Shown in pieces: positions 45,301-49,987 of a stretch of DNA of 64,000 bases. Position 1 is the first letter of the stretch; every line of letters starts with the position of its first letter. The position numbers were made by a program, and so were the translations under genes. The DNA is taken from the IMG/VR virus record IMGVR_UViG_3300033068_001745, positions 17,988-81,987 of that record. One strand, 5' to 3'. The notes beneath the pieces are model-generated. The model had not been told where the DNA came from, did not search any database, and saw nothing but the letters and a program-made list of their open reading frames with translations. This DNA is from a virus. Taxonomy: Duplodnaviria; Caudoviricetes.

Positions 45301-46320
45301 AGTATTAATGAATATGTTCATAATTCTTTATTTGGAAACCAAAACGAGTTCAATAAAGGAGAACTTATAATATTTAATGATAGCTATGATAATATTGAAA
45401 ATTCAACAGAATCACAAATTTCAGATATTACAGAAGTTAAAACAGATGAAAATGGTTTGAAATATGTAGATTTAACAATAATCTATGAAGGTAAAATTAA
45501 ATCTTTTCCTGTTGTTTTAAAAGAAAGTAAAGAAGATTATAAAAAACTTATTTCTGCCAAATTTGCAAACGCAAAAGCTAAAACAGGTTTAGATAGAAAA
45601 TTAGCAATGAAAGAAGCTTGGGCTTTTAAAGGAAAGTATGCTAATATTGATTATGGATATGCAATTACAAGTCATAAATCTCAAGGTTCAACTTATGATA
45701 TTGTTGTAGTAGATGAAAAAGATATTATGTCTGTAAGTCCTATTTCAGCAAAAGAAAAATCAGAAAGTATTTATACAGCACTTACAAGAGCAAGAAATAA
45801 AGTAATCTCTATATCTGAAAAACAAAAATCACCAACAGAAATTGCTAATGAAATAAAAGTTAATCAAAAATCTGTTGCTCAAGTATTTGAAAATATGGAT
45901 AATATGAAAGAAGAGGAAATTGAAGAATTGTTAAATAAAATTAATGAAGATAGATTTATTAGAAGTTTACCTAACGAAATAGAAGGTTTTAATACTGATA
46001 AGTTAATTGAAATTAAGAAAGTATTTAGTAATCCTGAAGCTGATTATTCTGAAATAGAAGATTGGGAAGGTGTAACAATGGAAAAATTAGAAATAGAATA
46101 TTCAAATAAAAATAGTAGAATAATGTCTGATTTAATTCAAGTAATGCCTGAAGGACAAACTGTTAATGAATTTGTAGATAATTTATTAAAACAAAATATA
46201 ATTTTAAAAGACAAAAAACAGTTATCTATATTTGACCAAGAACAAACAGGTTTAACAGAAAAAGATTGGAATAGTCTTAGTGAAAAAGAAAAAGATAAAA
46301 TAAAAGAGTGTTACTTGTAA
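30355..46320 (+). CDS. Giant virion RNA polymerase polyprotein, 5321 aa (TM-like N-terminus, degenerate zincin, RNAP core, macro-like, DUF4326-like, SLOG and SF1 helicase domains)
   Basis: RNAP motifs YAEIILP, GIRIPTQDKHSM (~40960) and catalytic SGEDFDIDK (DFDID 41080-41094) as in crAss-like vRNAPs; helicase motifs GKAGVGKT, DEASM, GDIGQLPP, HKSQG, YTALTRA. Confidence 0.88.
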   Translation: MPDINELLKYVKDKNITPLPVDNNIHSRFSDIPLDINDVHIAQDRNVDLSQIQAPYEVGEAIANSQSTSEKWLNDLGRLGTGAVSATVGGFAMIPAFFDAASSMELSAMYENGAVKWAEGLDEWGQEKFKNYYTQRQEEAYKEASIFKKMTYGEKFWGNSLLANAGFMIGAAVDEAIFSALTAVTSGGAAPLQAVETGWLAARLARRLAEAGTEVMGSGTNLIKNVYRGFTAEGEIAKQAMMSGLKNSRQLLTSAGYESSVEALQFQKEAYNQVLEKKANELGISKEELENNPLHEETLGRLKSGVNSVANGLWLMNLATVGLSNAIGATALFQLEKPILNMLERVNPLRAFMSAGVEDLAKTAGKEIGKDGVQFAAKNLSMAQKAFNIVKSPLSEGTEEFSQGLYQDVGKRYLEDKYNPNAIDMILNGIPLMADEIGKRLGDSSHSGWEEFASGFMSSLLGLPNVGRFVGKKENGNYGFKNDKEQPAWVGGIFQGIAENRQIQNERNENAALNNFLSDKNLAEMLDGKLSTDNITTASVKAFPMIMAAQKRLADGIKSGDKFEQNQAKHDLLAYAAIARDKIGQVENFKKDVLAQYDQHTAILQKGVTAESTQEEIQSVANLESIYQGNTTQEKIAEVNRKKKNTEIKLKDIEAGISRAKSFNLSPDLQDRMAVALSNGNNRVSEANSLLKALQTSLKLPNIQVSNLSSNELYELLDKHKVATSKHKKISDSLQKDKAEFDSLPDEIVAFEGESPRANEKKKAVKERVDNWTKELDAETARLEKELNKKVSEVDFTVESPLTQYREAIDKLQGDEKVQAESLFNDVQRAINQHKEAVKEYNLIMNNPEKAQKQEDEAKEKIQRQIDNKPELPENIEETEEEKSAKEKQLAEQESIKQKEQEEIAKLEGEKRAKKEKEIADRLESEKKAQEESDKKAEELKKQNRAEYQKNIDILDEIINKGKYYDIEVVENMNTDKFKNWGKWFDQIEKLKFMALAKLSNQRNSPYYSVQSITTIDRADNNNLRLNNINNSNKTQYELDLDTPVNEDEFEIVTAPFNTGENTKKVDKNGDPVVGKNPRLENIPNQKGTTIAVVRKGTNKIIGFINDRIFQYKDKNGKMIPFLKPNTRELNPEFNLAWIGMEGKQAEIQDQLNLLSTLTSGSLVKTIEGRLRFPKENAAINLTEIEQLFSNPQVASVSVFQRIYQNENILYQEWKYNRERKIWEAGEISDQDRVDANTLAITYNDGHISNISVNVSKENELKWFKSALNNLANKGTTSTSKVGGSVFFTINSDEISQTVVIEENKDGTRVAIKVLKGVKGEKETQVFEWTNIQEYLDLIKTFQGMKPEESLEAFKQFFNEKLKIASDKGKLPLVYKLYTVSFNDESFDKEIAEGKYIIPKMEGKLSVVNVEKADIAANEGQVSLIGEVKELIGKQVGTSNYSVENGLIFYNNLDGTVRPVLNPNRKSIIEAVEDDIKRRRKENPSVERGVLINYESGKTKEQLIDIVSKLKEGKITFDEIYEEFSNLPTSTLLEVKKAFNEGTLADKIQFGLDINELSEVQSKTRSKEEVIKSRQEALFEKQKAETALKDSEYKIVKKKELITGKVTETKVKRTVEEKAKYEDFYRKTIEDINKQIEEYDAELQSTETNLQPEQTTVEGEQNIPTDVGTNNVSPSNIEQQKADIERRRPEIVTRYTDSDVKANPDKIFVFGDNTQRTGTGGQAQIRNNPNAFGIATKLKPTNNADAFMSDNNLEANKNIIDSDIQKILSQNKPLVFPKDGFGTGLAKLKEKAPKTYEYLKQRLADEFYFDNDKGEINAKYDKELKALEENTPLAPKMPINKRTFETGQYVKYNDEVYIITKQNSNGTWQIYNPNLEGVNAKKSVSEDKLELVNGKAKIITYRDADYIVTPKNTIISLTSNKKVFEDEKNGNRINILNLAHNDSLFTDDFQDRFDIKDEEKTYTQQEIKDYVKANKENKTDEVRTELEKMKNWAEKNDGKLFTALNNLLNTFPKTQLSNKPSEITHQKAVEIFKEYFPNSALSLEDVSQVLGKLSFLPSSVVYGVYNGLVRLRQGGTLKDTPFFEGFRLVFNALITDKEKSQILEEARLKYFLGLSKDKKETILKEFQKTYSPKLNGEYVWQGKELENYYLETMLAREFANKATTNKPKSFIQRLFDKIRSWLGINKIDSLFNRILAKEFRDFPYSPKDNQGTIKTMLDVYSSESESGKDLMTSENAYRIANRIFSKMARDKMSFETALAATRKYYDDLAAIPGILNETKTSLEILSSSINEIDEFDERNEIGLQNIENLRKEVEDRKAILSFDPDTVSEEGNENEDIAIRDGENFSQSLRELGGEMSASKKFKEYLSTIMYVDDEFDLFGNAFSEEFKNMSETEQKKFYIPVDFILVYNTMLKLTAGKPKSEILGLNGTGLLNLMKDTDKQLLAVVNQMNVDIANPQEFDTTLDMILSNLEKQKVQGKIILHDNETGKFDMSDENAQGIENSQINKWASEYEMRHVGNIAETEELLKELKFPTSATALYKALNKYGFKVSRLYCQWCYGLKTGKYENDIIPKIATEYGLTTNNSILDKTNIEYIFDKIINRENENAKLIAKGLPGVETIFPNGDIYFGEKKNEGSRNKLKAVAFGNSIFDSSVKNLSYKNSENKTVYEIIARMQVGDFVNIINKITKANKQGEPTYDAIRKKILDLKNDNEEIEKLLKTEVGGKYPYLSFINSIYNLVQEGKDMENGEDMALKDVQDILIDLGKFIFHNNLENFVEKDDKGNYRQMEIGFLGGYRETSGEIIEDTYIEDEKSKSKAGTTFSSANEQEKTLALLGVWMKGWYNPIVAAGKSMQFIFKGNKVKRITPQKIEDTKNILMNWFDQEIHRIDRGIKGQVSKDIDKYEQKSQKFFENKAFVDSLANTDLKEIYSAFIEVDSKDANLVAAKLQEKKDFIEKYKTDKQFRDNIKEALFDFHNNLSLNFANKTIGTIGINLPQVLIDKKEKLVENDLNEGTENHRLMVNVLQEFYFDDLINSTAFYNTFIGDKAMSLKGYIDVNKRAGKHIAGGVSSETANRNIRAIGVKSIKQMLGIDEDFQIDKDWYSERENYPLKNKDKFEPTDTTDAESYQTVRANIDFYLKSNAKYTKEVHEIYEMINYGIEPSFDWWEKLDKNNAALQKRKMVYADFLQYIKTSVNTLTWQECSFWNSEALKAFANEAIRLNVEKLTPLQELAVIKTLTENNSANVAKFRTVLPSRKKMFGLLSFMLNNKIDYVYHDSASKSLQRRIRAKDFDKLEAKNAHYLNPTYWKEQVATDGVKMEVVDGTQKIQLIFSEQNGEIKVDIGQNTFDLEKVSDTYKQYLANRISMMYEKVLAELQNEDGTINIDELKAGFVKTLEKSGSTQQTIKFFKESNINLPHIVEKAESMFMSRVSKVLSHKKPGSALALASPKLYPIMRATTKIELSNGRTISENEVISTETYKKFSSEFTEGKNFAISRLRHGVKEGKHYYAEIILPANHPALAYMKDGFIPAEFAEMVGIRIPTQDKHSMLSMKVVDVIPAYKGSTVIVPLESILLSGEDFDIDKKYIYWYAGYQTVNGWKKYGDYKTFKELDEEVKQLASEENMSANDWKTQNIEQYDNMVKRMNESGKLEKTQTNKYELDNDLLDLEKVMVHNNGNNDIAYTPSSMDIVNQAVQSHILLVDKERLRCAEFYGMELAAFDTLPSSEKVEKIQKFVKEKGYINVYGNHSPLDKLTAYYNNDVGSENIGVWALSNVVMQTLIKESKYIKVENGAYMLHGIRINDIISSFLSSATDNDKEQHAAILQLDQEKCGIMFDLMWRQGLHPTVALGIIYDGNGGNNMDLGALMQLNPNLSETDAKFLNDLMQGDEQAMEKQKYLLKSSTNAAKYTMALTTLMSLNKGFKSTISDNQTIVEAIKTLKKGVVDKETGLTLPKPYDGWNIVQSDIHLKEEVDKFEKVYDELTPKVFLIRNEKLRNALEKMTASLKGMNYPTNRTKVYRDLISYVIVNIIKNNDSLVQNYAKIGGEEIFTTGLISKVKTILTPKVDNSLMKGLTAVKKVMKQGEFTGKTIDSVAMNTWLKAVRFVDEKMQNDYERFNRRPHALEEIKIAMENGKTVDEALVEIDTNKLMGTLAKLMYIQSVVKEGLQFKSGSVNSLISTPLFAQTNGLIDRLMDEKNFEEITGKSADQLMIDFIRNFVADESNKSFLPSLYKQEYFMEANEQGDTLGNARIELKNAGFNFDEKKKVIPAFGINYGKVKLVLNENSIKSMLNDEEFTPIYESIVTKGGKDVVGYRNDDIKSGEKIGNNMYYTGKKDAEFEADLIKQSLNEIKNQTLAEKIYASLPKKTESGNVLIKSVYQQAGIDYAKSVGGIFSLRVNNSDKHFGNPFSSVQSEIDKGLIATKDTKEGVEKYIDWVINSQDERAKWIREQLDKGILKGKPIIYYTDKPAKNSISPSNETQPSHANALDYLINNWESVINQSVEANKMVQPTSMSEITNHSGGALGADSMWDKIGRLFGVVNHKHYWANQKTPMGNVELTKQQLEEGIEHAKLAARELGRPFVDKYANLLGRNWFQIKNSTQVIAIAPIVYPNEKNSQGYVVKATRATVDGGTGYAVEMAIANGKEVNVFDTKTNQWYKWNGSIFVKSEVPILHKDFAGIGSRQDNGKMTDESIQAIRDVYEKTRNSLQEQNDVKVSAINFNDEQKSAINQAIEFIKNGNPKEWFVIEGKAGVGKTTIAEQIVRNFPNKNTSVAALSYKAKSVIRDEFRENGIKANFYSLAGLLGQKLNMETGEFERDEFSMTTPPIEMSDLILIDEASMINEQALELIMQTKPTNAKVIFLGDIGQLPPIRTEKNKYYKDKKALFGKKSPVFEGNNKAKLLTRIRQGEESPILPYADFYWENSQVSNPVEYPATNKKNVISSKGTLRFVDKFADIKDEVVNEFKQSVETNNPNHIKVVTYRNATRESINEYVHNSLFGNQNEFNKGELIIFNDSYDNIENSTESQISDITEVKTDENGLKYVDLTIIYEGKIKSFPVVLKESKEDYKKLISAKFANAKAKTGLDRKLAMKEAWAFKGKYANIDYGYAITSHKSQGSTYDIVVVDEKDIMSVSPISAKEKSESIYTALTRARNKVISISEKQKSPTEIANEIKVNQKSVAQVFENMDNMKEEEIEELLNKINEDRFIRSLPNEIEGFNTDKLIEIKKVFSNPEADYSEIEDWEGVTMEKLEIEYSNKNSRIMSDLIQVMPEGQTVNEFVDNLLKQNIILKDKKQLSIFDQEQTGLTEKDWNSLSEKEKDKIKECYL

Positions 46321-46342
46321 CACTCTTCAACTAAAATAATTT

Positions 46343-46696
46343 ATGACAGTACAAGAATTTGTAGGAGCATTATTTGAAATTGAAACAACTGCTCACATAG
46401 CACATTTACAAACAACAAGCTATGCACAACACATGGCTTTGAATGAATTATATACAAGCATTGTTGACTGGAGAGATGATTTCTGTGAAAGCTATACTGG
46501 TAAATATGGAATTATAAAAGATATTCCTATTAAAAAAGAACCAGAAGGTCAAGATATGATTCTTTATATTAAAAGAAAAGCTCTTGCTTTTGAAGAATAT
46601 GAAAAGAGTTTAAAAGATGGATATTTACAACAAATCGTGCAATCTGTTATTGAATTGATTTACAGCACAATATATAAGTTGAAAAACTTGAAATAA
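46343..46696 (+). CDS. Ferritin/Dps-like four-helix protein (DUF5856-like), 117 aa
   Basis: AHIAHLQTTSYAQHMALNELY..I.D..D.F.E pattern of phage Dps-like proteins. Confidence 0.7.
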   Translation: MTVQEFVGALFEIETTAHIAHLQTTSYAQHMALNELYTSIVDWRDDFCESYTGKYGIIKDIPIKKEPEGQDMILYIKRKALAFEEYEKSLKDGYLQQIVQSVIELIYSTIYKLKNLK

Positions 46697-46706
46697 CTAA
46701 TTTATA

Positions 46707-49271
46707 ATGAACAAAAGGTGTATTAACCCAAATAGTATTCAAGTTAAAGAATTGAGTGATGAATTAGGATTAAAACCTATAATTGTAGCTGCTAAAATTG
46801 CTGTTTGGCAAGATAAAAATAATACTTATGATTTTCCTTCCGTTAATGATTTGGTGGAGGGAGATTTCAATATTTTCTATAAAATGGAAATGTTAAAGAA
46901 TTTATTACCTAAAGCAATTGCTTATGATAATTATTTTAGGGATTGGGGAACTGATTTTGTTAAAGAAAAAATGCTTGAAAAAGGTTTCACTCAAGAAGAA
47001 ATAGATTATCTTGAAGAACTTCATAATAAAAATCCAAAATTTACTAATAAAGATTTCACAAGACTTATTTCTGACGAGTATAGTGATATTCTTGAAAAAA
47101 ATATTTCATTAAATAGAATAAACCAATTAATGACTTCTCAGTTTGATGAAGAATTAGAAAGAAGGGTTTTGACTTATTTAGAACCTTTTGGTATTACCAT
47201 GAAAGAAGTAGATAACTTGAAAGATTCATTCGGTGATGTAAGGGGTATTGCTGATATTTATAATAAAGTTATTTTGGCTTCCAAAGATAGAAATATTTCA
47301 ACTTTACCTGAGATGGTAGGATATTTTTATGTTGAACTCATAGGAAGTAAGGAAGGAATAGGTAAAACTTTAATGACTTCTATTGAAAAATGGGGAAAAT
47401 ATGAAGAGCATTTTAATAAATATCAAAATATATATTTATTACCAAACGGAAAACCTGATGTATCTAAAATAAAAAAGAAAATCATTGCAGAGGCAATATC
47501 TGAAGCTGTTGTAAAAAATTATACAGCAGAAAAAAGCGATTTTTGGAAACAAATATTAGATTTTATTGAAAAAATTACATCTTTGTTTAAAAATAGTAAT
47601 AACATTCCGATAGAATCTTTGACAAATGAAGTGGCAAAAAAAATTCTCTCTAATAATAGAGAAGATATTATCAGTAGAATTAAAGAAAAAAAAGAATTAA
47701 AAACTTGGGAAGGAACTTTGAAACCTTATCCTCATATTAAAGAAGTGTTAAATAAATTTTCAAGCATTGGAGCAATATTAACAGGTAGTTTAGCTTTAAG
47801 AAAACAAGGAACTGTTTATAGAGATATTAATGAATCTGTACACGATTTAGATTTTGCTGTTAATTTTGACAGTTATAATGGAGATATTAAAGGTTATCTT
47901 GCTAAGATAAATAAATTAGTGGGAAACACTTATTATCCTCTTAATGATGGATTTACAGGTAATATTGGTGAAATAGTTGTCAATGGGATTATCACAAACT
48001 ATCCTGAACTTGCTGAAAAATTTAAAAATTTAAGAGGGGATTATCAAACAAGACTTGACCAAATGACAAGAAGTGAGCAAGATAAGATTCTTCTTATAGA
48101 TTTATTTTTTCATAGTAGTAACTCAAGTATAATAACTGATGGAGTAGCAGAAGCATCTATCATATTTGCAGCAAAAAGTTTTATGGGAATGAGAGCTAAA
48201 GATATGAATGATTTATTAAACTATACTCCTTATGAAAAATCTGATAAAGTTTCTAACTACAGTTATTCTCAAAAACTCAATTCCATTGACAAAGTAGGAG
48301 AAAATCAAACAGAAATAACCATTGGAAATAAAAAATATAAGCAGGGAATTTATAGCTTTAAAGAAATTTTTGAGAATATTGGAGATAAATCCTATGCAAA
48401 TAAATTACTTAAAATGCTCTATGGACTTTCTAATCAAAATATTGATGATATGAAAGTAGAAATTGTTGATAACATTACAGAAGCAGGACATTTTGATAAT
48501 GGAATAATCAGATTAAATATAAATTCTTTAAATCCTGAAACAGTTTTTACGCATGAAATCATACATGCTCTCACAGCCCTTAAATTAGCCTATTGGAAGA
48601 AGAACTCTCCAAAGGTATATAAAGACATGGAAAAAGTTTGGATTGATTCTAAGGCTGTTTTAGACCCAAATAACACACGTTACGAATTTAGTTCCATAGA
48701 TGAATTTTATGCAGCACTTTCCAAACAATCTTTTGTTGAAGAATTAGCTTCTATTAAAGATGATTCTTTTATTGGCAAATTAATTCAACTGTTTAAAGAT
48801 ATGTTGAGCAAACTTGGAATTAAAGTTGAAGGAACACTTGCTGAAAAAGCATTAAATAATCTTACAGAAATTGTAAAATCTGAAATTGGAAGTAATGATA
48901 TTCAGCTTGATTTATTGAAAAGTGAAGAAAAAATTTCTTCTAATAAACAAAAAGTTTATTATCAAAATAATTCAGGACAAAATAATGAAGATTTTATTGC
49001 TTCTGAAAAAACAATAAGAGATTTAGCTGCAAGATTAGCTAATAGAATTGGAATAGAAGTTAAATTTATATCTGATAGAAGTCAAAATTTTAAGGGGAAA
49101 TTGGAAGGAAAAGTTGCTACTGTGAATTTAGCTTATGCTACACTTGACACAATTTTTCACGAGGTGAGTGGTCATGCTATTATAGCTACTCTAAAACAAA
49201 AATCTGAAACTTCTATAAAGAATCATATTCAAGATTTAATTGAGAAAGGAGTAATCATAAAAGAATGTTAG
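46707..49271 (+). CDS. Polyvalent cargo protein, 854 aa: degenerate zincin, Pol-beta nucleotidyltransferase, HExxH zincin, N-half of a split zincin
   Basis: TLPEMVGYF; TGSLAL..HDLDFAV..LIDLF..K..RAKDMND; THEIIHALT..DEFYA; FHEVSGH near the C-terminus. Confidence 0.65.
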   Translation: MNKRCINPNSIQVKELSDELGLKPIIVAAKIAVWQDKNNTYDFPSVNDLVEGDFNIFYKMEMLKNLLPKAIAYDNYFRDWGTDFVKEKMLEKGFTQEEIDYLEELHNKNPKFTNKDFTRLISDEYSDILEKNISLNRINQLMTSQFDEELERRVLTYLEPFGITMKEVDNLKDSFGDVRGIADIYNKVILASKDRNISTLPEMVGYFYVELIGSKEGIGKTLMTSIEKWGKYEEHFNKYQNIYLLPNGKPDVSKIKKKIIAEAISEAVVKNYTAEKSDFWKQILDFIEKITSLFKNSNNIPIESLTNEVAKKILSNNREDIISRIKEKKELKTWEGTLKPYPHIKEVLNKFSSIGAILTGSLALRKQGTVYRDINESVHDLDFAVNFDSYNGDIKGYLAKINKLVGNTYYPLNDGFTGNIGEIVVNGIITNYPELAEKFKNLRGDYQTRLDQMTRSEQDKILLIDLFFHSSNSSIITDGVAEASIIFAAKSFMGMRAKDMNDLLNYTPYEKSDKVSNYSYSQKLNSIDKVGENQTEITIGNKKYKQGIYSFKEIFENIGDKSYANKLLKMLYGLSNQNIDDMKVEIVDNITEAGHFDNGIIRLNINSLNPETVFTHEIIHALTALKLAYWKKNSPKVYKDMEKVWIDSKAVLDPNNTRYEFSSIDEFYAALSKQSFVEELASIKDDSFIGKLIQLFKDMLSKLGIKVEGTLAEKALNNLTEIVKSEIGSNDIQLDLLKSEEKISSNKQKVYYQNNSGQNNEDFIASEKTIRDLAARLANRIGIEVKFISDRSQNFKGKLEGKVATVNLAYATLDTIFHEVSGHAIIATLKQKSETSIKNHIQDLIEKGVIIKEC

Positions 49272-49987
49272 TACTACATGACTATAATGATGCTAATAAA
49301 TATTTAGCAGGAGTATATTGTATAATAAATAGTATTGATGATAGGATTTATATTGGTTCTACAAAATGTTTTAAAAGAAGATTTACTGAACATTTAGTAA
49401 GTTTTGCAGAAAATAATCATGGTAATAGACATCTTTTAAACTTTGTGAATAAATATGGAGTTGATACTTTAACTTTTAAAATATTAGAAATATTAGAATT
49501 TGATATTCTTTTAATAAGAGAACAATGGTATTTAGATAATGTTATTGATTTCAAAAAAGATTTTAATATTTGCCGTATTGCAGGAACACCTCCTAATTAT
49601 AATAGAAGTTTTTCTGAAGAAGATATTATAAAAATTGCAAAATTATATAATGAAGGAATGTCTTGCTGTAAAATATCTGAATTATTATTTAATGATAGAA
49701 ATTTTAGATGTAAAATATCAAATATTACAAGAGGAGAATCTTATTCTGAATTTAAACATTTATTTAATTATAGAAAATATAACCAAACAGGTAGGAAATA
49801 TAAACAATCTACCAAAGATAAAATAGGTAAAGCTAATAAAGGAACAAAAGTTTTATCTGAATCTGATATAATATTTATAAGAGACAATTTGAATAAAGTT
49901 TCTATAAGAAAAATGGGAAAATTATTAAATAAAAATCATAGGTCAATATGCTATTATATCAACACTATTATGAAAGATGGCTTGTAA
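49265..49987 (+). CDS. Free-standing GIY-YIG homing endonuclease
   Basis: AGVYCIINSIDDRIYIGST..KRRF.EH..REQWYLD..FNI; overlaps both neighbours (7 and 11 nt). Confidence 0.9.
   Translation: MLVLHDYNDANKYLAGVYCIINSIDDRIYIGSTKCFKRRFTEHLVSFAENNHGNRHLLNFVNKYGVDTLTFKILEILEFDILLIREQWYLDNVIDFKKDFNICRIAGTPPNYNRSFSEEDIIKIAKLYNEGMSCCKISELLFNDRNFRCKISNITRGESYSEFKHLFNYRKYNQTGRKYKQSTKDKIGKANKGTKVLSESDIIFIRDNLNKVSIRKMGKLLNKNHRSICYYINTIMKDGL

Noticed and set aside
49265-49987. Group I intron around the second GIY-YIG
   Set aside because: The ORF overlaps both neighbours and no P7/IGS elements are visible; the same applies to the GIY-YIG at 1367 and the HNH at 63200.
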